NCBI RefSeq assembly: GCF_001194135.2 | Contig: NC_068981.1 | Coordinates: forward strand, 34,725,334-34,774,463 | From: Octopus bimaculoides | Taxonomy: Eukaryota | DNA: 49,130 nt | Direction of reading: 5' to 3' | Shown here: positions 37,627-48,926 of the stretch, in pieces | Numbering within the stretch: position 1 is the stretch's first letter | Layout: each line of letters opens with the position of its first letter | The notes under the pieces: model-generated | What the model saw: the letters and a program-made list of their open reading frames with translations, nothing else | The model's database searches: none | What the model was told of the DNA's origin: nothing | Made by a program: the position numbers and the translations under genes

Positions 37627-37816
37627 GTATAAAGGATCGTGGGTAAGGTCCAGAACGAATGTTGCTGGCAACATTCATTAATCTCTTGAAAATGGTGTCA
37701 TAACCCCGAAATATTGAATACAAGGTAAGTCTACACTAAATCATATATCTGTTTTCTTGTGATTTACCTTGCATTTACTTCGCATTGTTCAGGACCTTAC
37801 CCACGATCTTTTATAC
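37627..37816. mobile_element. ~190-bp MITE with ~35-bp TIRs in TA-rich context
   Basis: GTATAAAGGATCGTGGGTAAGGTCCAGAACGAATG (37627-37661) against rc of 37783-37816 GTATAAAAGATCGTGGGTAAGGTCCTGAACAATG: 2 mismatches and 1 indel. Confidence 0.75.
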
Positions 37817-37872
37817 AATATATTCTACACAATGCTTCATAGTAATTATTCCCTTATAATATGTGTCTATAT

Positions 37873-38535
37873 AATTGGCCCTTTTCGTCTATGCAGACGG
37901 TCAATTTAGCTTAAAGGTCACTTAATCGAACATATCAGGGGCTCCTTTTCTTGCAGCTTCTTTCATGGCTGATTCTTCCTATGATTGAAACGCAGCTTCT
38001 GTCACAGTACTTGCATACCAAGAGGGTGGCTCGGCGCTCTGCATTTCTGTTGTTTTCTTTTCGCCGCTGACGCTTCTCAACTTGTTTGTTTCTGTGGCTG
38101 CTCTCTAGCGAAGCAATTCCTTCCTTCACCACAGTCCTCCATGTTTTTGTCTTCAGCCTTCTCTTCGTAGGTGCCGACATCCACCTCACACTTGGTCAAA
38201 CTAGTTTTGCAAGTGTCCTTATACCTCAGTTTTGGTCTTCCTCTTGGTCTCTTGCCCTGGGCCAGTTCTCCATAGAACAGTTGCTTCGGGATTCGATGGT
38301 CATCCATTCTCTTGACACGCCCCAGCCACCTCAGTTTTCTCATACACAAGATAGCTGTCATGCTTTGAAGATTCGCCTGGAACAGCAATTCAACATTGGT
38401 GACCTTGTCGCGCCATATTAGGCCTAAGATCTTGCGGAGGCATCTGAGATGGAAAATGCCGAGGCACCTTTCCTCTCTGCTGTACAAGGTCCATGTTTCA
38501 GATCCATAGAGGAGTGTGCTGAAAACACATGCTTC
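37873..38535 (-). mobile_element. RTE LINE 3' end, 5'-truncated
   Basis: ACVFSTLLYGSETWTLYSREERCLGIFHLRCLRKILGLIWRDKVTNVELL...LRWLGRVKRMDDHRIPKQLFYGELAQGKRPRGRPKLRYKDTCK, one frameshift, then CKYCDRSCVSIIGRISHERSC* and a short 3' UTR. Confidence 0.92.
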
Positions 38536-38540
38536 TACGT

Positions 38541-38632
38541 TCTGCGTGGCACCATGGACAAGTGACTTCTACTATAGCCTCGGGTCGACCAAAGCCCTGT
38601 TAATGGATTTGGTAGAAAGAAGCCCGTTGTGT
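38541..38632 (+). mobile_element. SINE family A internal fragment abutting the RTE truncation
   Basis: CTGCGTGGCACCATGGACAAGTGACTTCTACTATAGCCTCGGGTCGACCAAAGCC. Confidence 0.75.
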
Positions 38633-38663
38633 ATATAGGTGTGTGTGTGTGTGTGGATCGATG

Positions 38664-38731
<68 letters not shown>

Positions 38732-39664
38732 TAAAGTATATATAAATAATTTATATTTTATTATTATTATTAGTATTGATGTTGTTGTTGTTATTATTAA
38801 TATTATGTATTTATATATGTATGTGTATATTCACAATCTCACATGCGTGTGCATGCACACTTATAAGCTATGAGGAAATATCTCGGGAACCTTACTAAAT
38901 ATATGAATAATATACAATCTGTTTATGAATGTATTCACCCCCATTGTCTCTCACATAAACAGAAATACACCACCATGTAGTCTTTGGATGCCTTGAGTGG
39001 AGTCTGCTCTATTGGAATTATATAACTGATAAGAATAGACACTTGACATGACCACTCAATACCAGATTGTTAGAATCTAATACAATACAAGTTTGTTGTT
39101 AAGATCCCTAAATGAGTGCTGTTTCGCATGAATATGTTACAGTCACATAAAAACATTCCTCATGCCTACGTTTTTATTTGAATGTCCTCTTTACTGTTAC
39201 GGAAGAAACCGGATGTTAATAACCTAAATACTACGATTATAGCATCAGTGCATAATTATACAAAACGACTTGTATTTATCTAACAGCTAATTTAATATAN
39301 NNNNNNNNNNNNNNNNNNNNNNNNNNNNNNNNNNNNNNNNNNNNNNNNNNNNNNNNNNNNNNNNNNNNNNNNNNNNNNNNNNNNNNNNNNNNNNNNNNNN
39401 NNNNNNNNNNNNNNNNNNNNNNNNNNNNNNNNNNNNNNNNNNNNNNNNNNNNNNNNNNNNNNNNNNNNNNNNNNNNNNNNNNNNNNNNNNNNNNNNNNNN
39501 NNNNNNNNNNNNNNNNNNNNNNNNNNNNNNNNNNNNNNNNNNNNNNNNNNNNNNNNNNNNNNNNNNNNNNNNNNNNNNNNNNNNNNNNNNNNNNNNNNNN
39601 NNNNNTATATTCACACGCACACACACACACACAAACACACACACTTGTACGTACTCTTTCATTT

Positions 39665-39790
39665 TTTATTGTTACTTGTTTCAGTCATTTGACCGCGGCC
39701 ACGCTTGGGCATCGCCTTGAAGTGTTTTAGTCGAACAAATCGGCCCCAGGGCCTGTTGTCAAGCGGTAATAGGGGGACAAACACTCATAC
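39665..39790 (-). mobile_element. SINE family A tail with internal deletion
   Basis: TTACTTGTTTCAGTCATTTGACCGCGGCCA...TTAGTCGAACAAATCGGCCCCAGG|GCCTGTTGTCAAGCGGT. Confidence 0.7.
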
Positions 39791-40122
39791 AAAGACACAC
39801 ATACATACATACACACACACACACACATACACACACATATATATATATTTCAAACATTTAACAAAAACACAACGAATGGAAACTTTTAGAAAAATATGAC
39901 AAACAAAATTTGTAGTTAATGCCTCATCAGTCAACGTCCAAAAGAATATTACAACTTCCCGCCTTTATCTATCTATATGTGTGTGTGTGTGTGTTGTGTG
40001 TGTGTGTGTACGACGTAAGTTCTTTTCTATTTTTAAGTATTCAGTGTCGTCCTTGAAGAAGGAAGTGGTTTCCAACAAACGTACAAATCCCCATCATTGG
40101 AATGTAGATAAGAAAAGCAATG

Positions 40123-40469
40123 TGGCATTTCGAACTTGAGAAAAGTCTTGCATATTATTTCTATTCTGCTTACAGATTGTATTTGTAATGGACGTATTAA
40201 CTGGTTGATTTCTTTTCCTGAAAACCTTAGCTATTTTAAATTATCAATTAAGCATTTGCTCATGAAACCAAATGCACCAAATATCGTTGGTATGAATGTG
40301 AAGTTGTAATCTGAGTACAAAAAGCTGAAGGTATCAAAGTAGTTGTCGGTAATTATTCTCTTTCTCTTTGATTTTCGAAGAGATTTTTCACATCAGCAGG
40401 GCAGCTGACCCCTTTCACGCTATATACTCTTTCTTGTCTGTTCCAAACAACGATATCCGGCTTGTTATG
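40123..40469 (-). mobile_element. RLE domain fragment of an R4/Dong-like non-LTR retrotransposon
   Basis: HNKPDIVVWNRQERVYSVKGVSCPADV...KIKEKENNY (PD-(D/E)xK-type core), then LYSDYNFTFIPTIFGAFGFMSKCLIDNLK*LRFSGKEINQLIRPLQIQSVSRIEIICKTFLKF, homologous to 26138-26338. Confidence 0.8.
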
Positions 40470-40514
40470 TATGTATGTATGTATGTATGTATGTATGTAT
40501 GTATGTATGTATGT

Positions 40515-40674
40515 CGGAGTGGCTGTGTGGTAAGTAACTTGCTTACCAACCACATGGTTCCGGGTTCATTCCCACTGCGTGGCACCTTAGGCAAGTGTCT
40601 TCTACTATAGCCTCGGGCCGACCAAAGCCTTGTGAGTGGATTTGGTAGACGGAAACTGAAAGAAGCCTGTAGTA

Positions 40675-40707
<33 letters not shown>

Positions 40708-40922
40708 GCGTGTGTATATGTTTGTGTATCTGTGTTTGTCCCCCCAACATCGCTTGACAACCGATGCCGGTGTGTTTACGTCCCCGTAACTTAGCGGTTC
40801 GGCATAAGAGACCGATAGAATAAGTACAAGGCTTACAAAAGAATAAGTCCTGGGGTGGATTTGCTCGACTAAAGGCGGTGCTCCAGCATGGCCGCAGTCA
40901 AATGACTGAAACAAGTAAAAGA

Positions 40923-40930
<8 letters not shown>
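40515..40930 (+). mobile_element. SINE family A, full length
   Basis: A box TGGCTGTGTGG, B box GGTTCATTCCC, CCTTAGGCAAG core-like motif, central microsatellite, (GTAAAAGA)n tail. Confidence 0.92.
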
Positions 40931-40962
<32 letters not shown>

Positions 40963-41529
40963 GTATGTGTATGTGTGTGTAAGTGTGTATGTATGTATGT
41001 TCTCTACAGAGAATAAAACTGTAAAGCTTTAAGCAGTTTCCATTGCTGCTGTCATTTCAAAATTTCAGTTGATTTCTTTTAGCCCTTAGTTCGTTAATCT
41101 CACCCCTAATATTCACATATTTCAACATAATACATTTCTAAGCTATACCCACCTGAAGAACTCAGCACTCGACTCGACATTTTCGAGTGCTATCTGTGCT
41201 TATAGAATCTATCTTCACTACACAATGGCATCAGTTTAGAATCAAGTAACCTGGGGTATTTGAAATTCAAATATATTCAAGATGAATTTGACATCAATTT
41301 CTACGATTAATATTTGAGTTGTCTAACCAATCCATGCGACATTTGTACTGTTAATATCCTCTTCGGGCAGAATCAGCGTGATAGTCTTAACATGTATAAC
41401 ATGTTAAGACTAGCCCTTTGAGTTACAGCTATAGCCCATACAACAGGCATCTTCAATGTTTCTGTACTCTTAACTGTACGAGATGGAATGAAATTTGTTT
41501 AAGGGGTGCAACCCAGGTCCGACCCAGGA

Positions 41530-41755
41530 TACTCTTTACTCTTTACTCTTTTACTTGTTTCAGTCATTTGACTGCGGCCATGCTGGAGCACCGCCTTTAG
41601 TCGAGCAAATCGACCCCAGGACTTATTCTTTGGAAGCCTAGTACTTATTCTATCGGTCTCTTTTGTCGAACCGCTAAGTTACGGGGACGTAAACACACCA
41701 GCATCGGTTGTCAAGCGATGTTGGGGGAACAAACACAGACGCACAAACATATACT

Positions 41756-41808
<53 letters not shown>

Positions 41809-41964
41809 GACGGGCTTCTTTCAGTTTCCGTCTACCAAATCCACTCACAAGGCTTTGGTCGGCCCGAGGCTATAGTAGAAGACACTTGGCCAAGGTGCCA
41901 CGCAGTGGGACTGGACCCAGAATCAAGTGGTTGGTAAGCAAGCTACTTACCACACAGCCACTCC
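41530..41964 (-). mobile_element. SINE family A, full length, inverted relative to 40515-40930
   Basis: Same structure on the minus strand, differing by scattered substitutions only. Confidence 0.92.
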
Positions 41965-42399
41965 CAGTTCAAAGCGTTTTCATTGCCCAACCAAATTTTA
42001 GGGAGTGCAAGCACCCACCCATTCACCCCCTGTTCCCGAATCCATAAATTTAATTTCTCTCATAAGAATATAGTTACGTTTGCCCAGGGTAGTGCTGCGT
42101 ATTTGAATAAAAATTTGGACTTATTTACGCAACGCAATTTCAGTGGCATTATGTGTAATGCAGCCTTTCATCATATTGTTGATTATGCTAATGAATAAAT
42201 AAATAAATAAACTATACAGCCGGTCTGCTTTGAGTTTACACGTTTTTCTTTCCTTTTTTTTTTTAATAGTTTAGACTGGAGAAAGTTACTCTAACAATGG
42301 CCTTCTTAGATCCTCCGATACTGACGACATCAGAGTCGCTTTGATCTTCGAGGTAAAAAAAAATGGGCGGGAGGGAATTTCAAGGGACGAAAGATCAGA

Positions 42400-42630
42400 T
42401 TAGGAAGGACTGAATGAAGTATTTAATGCAGGACCTGCGAGTGAACACAATATAGAGGTGAGACGAAGAAGGGCGACTCAATCGAATGGACTTGAATGGA
42501 CGTGATTCGATATCAACTAGGCTCGAATAATTGAGGTCACCATTCTAGCGGCAGAATAGGGCGACTGAGTAGACAGCACGTATGTGGGACAGAGTGCAGA
42601 ATCTGCTGGTGCACTTTAAACTAACTACAA
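42400..42630 (+). mobile_element. Possible decayed RTE-like LINE 3' end
   Basis: Fragments KDQIRKD and RRRGRL.R...D.I....AE.RA.W, ending ACTTTAAACTAACTAC. Confidence 0.3.
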
Positions 42631-42732
42631 ACAAATGCTTAACCAAACACTTATTCTATCCACATATAATGGATTTAAACGATAAACTGTTAAACGGCTC
42701 AAGAACGTAGTAGTAATTCATAAGTAATGAGT

Positions 42733-42782
42733 AAATAACTGCGAGATATCCGAAAATAACTGCGAGATATCCGAAAATAACT
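42733..42782 (+). repeat. 21-bp tandem duplication AAATAACTGCGAGATATCCGA, 2.4 copies
   Basis: Perfect copies seen directly. Confidence 0.9.
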
Positions 42783-43023
42783 CATTCACTTCTGCAAGCC
42801 ATATCTGTAAATATGACTGCATATTTAACAATATTTAAATCACAAGCTGGTAGGCGTTGCAAGTTATGTGGAATCGTTTCCTGTGCGTAAGCGAAGATGT
42901 TCTCACCACCCTAACCAAGCTACACATGCATACACACATACACACACACACTCATTCACATACACTCACACACTTGTGTGTGTGTTTCTGGGCATAACTG
43001 GGCATTAAGTAAACAGGAAATAC

Positions 43024-43092
<69 letters not shown>

Positions 43093-43474
43093 AACACGCA
43101 TGCGTATATGAGTGCATAAGTGTGTGTATATGAGCGTGTGGGGGGAGGGCGCAAATCGAAAAAGCTAGACGAGAATGTACAATAAACAAACAAAGGTTAT
43201 AATGATTGGCAATTGAAATCAAGCAATTTTCAGTTATAAGGTGTCTGCATTGATATGTTTAAACAGAGACAGAGAGAGTGGGAGGGAGAGGATAGGAAGA
43301 GAGTGGGGAGAGTGAACCAAACACACACATACATACAAAGACACAGACATAGACATTCATACTCATACACACTCACGCACGCACACGCGCGCGCACACAT
43401 GCACACATTCATACGTATTTGATGTATTTATGAAAAAGAGAAAAATTTTTTCATTCTCTACATGTTGTTATCAT

Positions 43475-43682
43475 TTTTTAGCCCCAGGTCAGTTTAGTCC
43501 TTCTCAAATAGACACCTATGATCACAGACATTCCAATTTCAACCATCTCGCTTTTTGTATAGCCAGAACTACATTTCCCACAAGATATCCTGTGTCTCTT
43601 TAAAAAAGGTAGATTTTGATTTTTAGGACATTTGGCTGCTATTTTAGCAATTCGAGCGACCACGTAGAGGATAGCCTTCCTC
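43475..43682 (-). repeat. Family F, full length
   Basis: GCCCCAGGTCAG...CCTATGATCACAGACATTCC...AACCATCTCG...TTGGCTGCTATTTTAGCAATTCGAGCGACCACGTAGAGG. Confidence 0.7.
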
Positions 43683-43924
43683 TCTTCGTTTAAACATGTA
43701 TTACAGCGTGTTTACCAGGGAACTTTTTCGTGGTTGTTCGATCTGCAAAAAATAACAGCCAGAATGAATATTTAAAAAGAAGAGTATACTTCAATATAGT
43801 TGTAGATACGTAATGTCTGAAAAACAGACGGGATTTGGAGATTAACTGCTGGAACATGTTAAGACAGGGTATAATTAATTAACTTGGCCTTAATATTTGA
43901 TTGTTACTTTAATGAATCCAGAAG

Positions 43925-44245
43925 GATGGAAAATTAAGCTGACCTCGGTGCGATTTGAACTTGGAACGTAAAGAACTCTAATTACATACCTCAACGTTTT
44001 TTACCCGATACTCTAATTAACCTACCAATCCACCACCCTGCACGTGAATTATTACAAAAAAAAAAAAACGACTGTACTTAAGTTTTATCTAATTTTATGA
44101 AATGTTAGGTTAAGAAGTTCATTTTTAACCAATCTGATTTCAGGATTTCCGTCCCACTACTCGGCACTTTGGGCGGGTGCTTTCAACCACAGCCCCGGAC
44201 GGATTAATGCTTTATGATTTAACTTGGTGGACGGAAACTTTGCGG
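43925..44245. mobile_element. Two old SINE heads: family D (minus, ~43925-44037) and family A (plus, ~44105-44245)
   Basis: GACCTCGGTGCGATTTGAACTTGGAACGTAAAG (family D) and GGCACTTTGGGCGGGTGCTTTC...TTGGTGGACGGAAACT..GAAGCCC (family A). Confidence 0.5.
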
Positions 44246-44737
44246 AAGCCCTTTAATGTGTGTGTGTGTGTGCANNNNNNNNNNNNNNNNNNNNNNNNNN
44301 NNNNNNNNNNNNNNNNNNNNNNNNNNNNNNNNNNNNNNNNNNNNNNNNNNNNNNNNNNNNNNNNNNNNNNNNNNNNNNNNNNNNNNNNNNNNNNNNNNNN
44401 NNNNNNNNNNNNNNNNNNNNNNNNNNNNNNNNNNNNNNNNNNNNNNNNNNNNNNNNNNNNNNNNNNNNNNNNNNNNNNNNNNNNNNNNNNNNNNNNNNNN
44501 NNNNNNNNNNNNNNNNNNNNNNNNNNNNNNNNNNNNNNNNNNNNNNNNNNNNNNNNNNNNNNNNNNNNNNNNNNNNNNNNNNNNNNNNNNNNNNNNNNNN
44601 NNNNNNNNNNNNNNNNNNNNNNNNNNNNNNNNNNNNNNNNNNNNNNNNNNNNNNNNNNNNNNNNNNNNNNNNNNNNNNNNNNNNNNNNNNNNNNNNNNNN
44701 NNNNNNNNNNNNNNNNNNNNNNNNNNNNNNNNNNNNN

Positions 44738-44851
44738 CTTTGAACCGAGAAAAACGGATTTGCCGAACAAGATGGCAAAAAACGGTGACTATAATAATTG
44801 AATAAATTGCTTTGTGTTTAAAACCGGACGGATTTTTTGGCCAACCCAATA
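44738..44851 (+). mobile_element. 3' end of mariner element including right TIR and TA
   Basis: Transposase C-terminus identical to 48199-48287, then AAAACCGGACGGATTTTTTGGCCAACCCAA|TA (rc TTGGGTTGGCCAAAAAATCCGTCCGGTTTT, a mariner-type TIR). Confidence 0.8.
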
Positions 44852-44875
44852 GAAGTTAACAAATTTACGAGTATA

Positions 44876-45242
44876 AACTCAGAACTTAAAGACGGTCGAA
44901 ATGCCGCTAAGCACTCTGCCCGGTTTGCGAACGGTTCTGCCAGCTCGCCGCCTTTATGATAACTCATAAATATAACGTATTATATCTAGTCGTAGCCTAA
45001 CGCTAATATTATATCACAAAAAACAAGGCAGCGAGCTGACAGAACCGTTAGCACACTTGCCAAATGCTTAGTGGCATTTCGTCCATCTTTACGTTCTGAG
45101 TTCAAATTCTACCGAGGCCGATTTTGCCTTTCATCCTTTCAGAGTTGATAAATTAAGTACCAGTTGAACATTGGGGTCAATGTAATCGACTTCTCACCTC
45201 ACCCGAAATTGCTGGTCTTGTGCCAAAATTTGAAATCAATAT
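44876..45242. mobile_element. Divergent pair of SINE family D: head only (minus, 44876-44953) and full copy (plus, 45027-45242)
   Basis: GGCGGCGAGCTGGCAGAACCGTT on minus and GGCAGCGAGCTGACAGAACCGTTAG on plus, ~75 bp apart. Confidence 0.75.
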
Positions 45243-45426
45243 ATAACAAAAACACCAAATTTGTGGTCATCCCACAGGCTACAATTAGCAATTAATTCTT
45301 CCTTAAGTTATATGCTACTGTCTTAAAGAATTAGGTCATCATTGCAGATAATATTGTCCTTGATATATAGAAGATATTAGGAAAAACAAAACAAAAAAAA
45401 AACAAAAAAAAACAGGAATAGCCGCA

Positions 45427-45795
45427 GGCATGGCTGTGTGGTAAGAAGCTTACTTCCCAACCACATGGTTCCGGGTTCAGTCTAACTGCGTGGCACTTTG
45501 GATAACTGTCTTCTATTATAGCCTTGGGCCGACCAAAGTCTTGTGAGTGAATGTGGTAGACAGAAACCGAAAGAAGCCCGTCGTACATATATATATATAT
45601 ATATATATGTAGATTTCACAGCTTCATGAAGACTAATCGATGAATGATTTCCCACGATCACATGATTCAAGTAGATCAGCTTTGACATCAAGTGATTTCA
45701 AATCGAAAAAAATCAGAACTATAGCTTAAGGTGGTGCTCCAGCATGGCCGCAGTCATATGATTGAAACAAGTAAAAGAATAAAAGAATAAAAGAA
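45427..45795 (+). mobile_element. SINE family A: head (45427-45590) and separated tail (45728-45795)
   Basis: Head and tail match family A. The middle is replaced by unrelated sequence. Confidence 0.75.
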
Positions 45796-46724
45796 AAAGC
45801 TAAAATTTATGTTATTTATAAATCGTTACTTTCACTTCTTAATATAAAAAGACTTTTGTTACTCACAAATATCAAATATTTCATTTTTATCGTAATATGC
45901 TATCATATCTTGTACGATACAAACAATTTAATTCTCTTTAAATTGATATTTTTCTACAATTTTACTGTCATGAAACGGTCACTTAAAAGTATTAGTGAGG
46001 TGATCAAGAAAATATCTTGCAATAAGTAATTCTGCTTTCACAACATATCCGTTTATCTAAAGTTTATTTGTCGATAAGAAGAAACTACAGAATTTGTAGC
46101 AGCAAAAGTTTTTTGTTTTTGTTTTTTTTTTACTTCACATTTTGTTTTATGACTCAAAAACAAACTTGGAGATTTTTTTAGCCAATTTTTACAACACAGC
46201 AGCAGGTATCAGGATTGTTCAAGCTGCCTCAATTCTCTAAACCTCATGTGTAGTTTTTTCTTTTCTTAGGTAAAATTTGATCAGTCACTTTCGAAGAAAA
46301 GAATGATCCAGAGAAATGCTTCAAAATACATGGATCGCAGCCCGGCGCAAACAAAATTCCAATCACATCAACATGATATACGTAATTAACTGGCAACTAA
46401 CGTTCTCTGTGCAGCGTGACTCTGTCGAGACTGTGAATCTGTTCTAAGCAAGTATTGAGTGCGCTTCAAATGGACATAAAAAATATACATGCAAAATTTT
46501 GGAACTATACCAAAGTTATTCTATAACTGATGAACGGTTTATTTATTTATTTATTTATAGGTTTCAGCCAAGTAGCTGTGATCTTAAATGTTTTGTGAAT
46601 TGACGCTTGTATATTTGAATAAGTACAATAAATTACCATGCATGTGTCTTCTAATATATACCCGAGCCGACAAACGCCTTGTGAGCGAATTTAGTTGACG
46701 GAAACTGTACGAAGCTTGTTGTGC

Positions 46725-46782
<58 letters not shown>

Positions 46783-47661
46783 CTCGAGTTCCCTATAGAG
46801 CCAACAATATGAATAATGACTTGATCCTGCACCAGGTCATCACTATCTTAAATGGAAGCAAGAAGAAAATATATATGAACATACAGGAATGCTAGAATAC
46901 AGCCACTGAAAATACTGAGTTCAAGACCATTCTTAACCACGTGACTAAACGCCACTAGAGGAAGGACTGGATTCGAACTACAGTACGGATGGCGTTCATA
47001 TTCCTAGTATAATAAACTGGCTTCTTAAAAAAAAGACACCTCTAAAGATTTCAATGAGGACATAAATAATGAAACCCATCAATATAGCACAATAAATATA
47101 TCGTCTCATTTCAAAACGGAAACTATCGATTCTAAGTGGTCCATTGAAACATGTAATAGCTGTTATCATTGTATTCGTTAATCATTTATGCAACATTTGT
47201 AAATAAAGTGTAGCGCCTTGTCTGGGGGAAAACATAACGTTGAAAATTAGTATTTTCTAAGCATTGCTTTTATGAAATGTATGTATATATGTATGTCATC
47301 GTTTATTGTTCTTTGATAAATAACAGTTTATCTAGGTCAAAACCATTTTGATTGCGGGAGACAAATGGATACGAAAAGTGATAAAAGAATTACAAAAAGA
47401 AAAAAAAATTAAAAAGAACGATGACGCAAAAAAAAAAAATATGGTCTTTCAACCGAAAGATGGGATCCAAGACGAAAGAAACTGAACCAACTAGTTTATA
47501 CCGGTGTCGAGTCATATAGATTGTAATTATCAAATCAAACCAAACTGATATTCTGAAATGATTAAATACGTACGTTTTATGTCTGCGCAATATATACTTC
47601 ATTTCGACGCGAAATTGTGACGATACAGGTTGCATTTTGTGTGCTAGGGATCACCCTGAAA

Positions 47662-48287
47662 ATGGAGAAGTACAAGGAACATTACTGACACTTATTTTTT
47701 TAATGTGAAAAAAAAAAAAAAAGCAAGAAAGCGGCGAAAACATGCAGGAAGATATGTTCTGTGAACGGAGAAGATGTTGTTACGTTCCGTAACAGCATCC
47801 TCTCCGTGCACGGAGCATATATGCATGCCAGAAGTGCTTTTCAAAATTTCGATGAGGAAATTTTTCAGTTTTCCTTTTGTCCAGCCCACAGAGATTAACA
47901 GCAATAAAGTTAAGGATTTAGTCGACACCAACCCCTATATCTAAATCAAGAGTTGAGAATCATCTGCATCAACTCGGTGACGTCACGACAATGCCAGACT
48001 TCTTTGCAGATGCCGCAGAACTTACTAGCGCTTGAATGCAAAGATTTTACCGCACCTTCCATATTCGCCCGACCTTGCTACTTCAGATTTCCACCTGTTT
48101 CGGTCCCTTAAAAATCCATTCCACTGACTGACTTTCAACTCTGAAAAGGATGTAAAAATTCACTTCGAAGAGTTTTGTACCAGTAAAAACAGGAAATTCT
48201 TTGAACCGAGAAAAACGGATTTGCCGAACAAGATGGCAAAAAACGGTGACTATAATAATTGAATAAATTGCTTTGTGTTTAAAACCG
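47662..48287 (+). mobile_element. Internally deleted, decayed mariner (mellifera-like) transposase
   Basis: MEKYKEHY*HL..KKAAKTCRKICSVNGED..CQKCFSKFR*GNFS..EINSNKVKDLVD..ENHLHQLGDV is joined directly to HDNAR, then ILPHLPYSPDLATSDFHLFRSLKN...FNSEKDVKIHFEEF. The left TIR is not recognisable. Confidence 0.88.
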
Positions 48288-48428
48288 NNNNNNNNNNNNN
48301 NNNNNNNNNNNNNNNNNNNNNNNNNNNNNNNNNNNNNNNNNNNNNNNNNNNNNNNNNNNNNNNNNNNNNNNNNNNNNNNNNNNNNNNNNNNNNNNNNNNN
48401 NNNNNNNNNNNNNNNNNNNNNNNNNNNN

Positions 48429-48485
<57 letters not shown>

Positions 48486-48924
48486 CTCTCTCTCTCACAC
48501 ACACACAAACACATTTTCCCCACATAAACATTAATGAGACAGTGAGAGAAAGAGAGACTGAGACAGACAGACAGACAAACAAACATTACACAGACAGCGA
48601 GTGGGAGTATGCGCGCACTCGTGTATGTGTACACGTGACGGTAAATGTATTCACGAATCCGGAGTCGGAAACTAATAAGCCAAAAACTAGGATAATGGAG
48701 GGATGGAGGCAAAGAGAGAAAGAGAGAGAAAGGGGGGAGTAAATAAAGGCAATGATATATGGAAAGGGTTATAAAATAGCATTAACAATTAATAAATTAT
48801 AGCGGAAACAATGAATGAGCTAAAACAATAAGAAATGTTGTTCTAGAACAAGTTAAGCCGAGGAAAGTATTTATGTAATCAAAAGTGAGGATGTAAACAA
48901 AAACAATAATAATAAAGCTGATGA

Positions 48925-48926
48925 TG

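Noticed and set aside
38413-38422. Perfect CArG box CCATATTAGG, identical to the c-fos SRE core
   Set aside because: It lies inside an RTE coding relic 36 kb from the gene. A few CC-W6-GG matches are expected by chance in this much AT-rich DNA.
38077-38487. 136-aa ORF (and 28661-28912, 26024-26338) as host genes
   Set aside because: These are frameshifted, 5'-truncated retrotransposon ORF ends.
26010-46156. Isolated AP-1 heptamers TGACTCA (26010, 28415, 46150)
   Set aside because: The number is compatible with chance, and there is no clustering.
47430-47500. Left TIR of the mariner
   Set aside because: No convincing match to TTGGGTTGGCCAAAAAATCC at the expected distance from the ATG.
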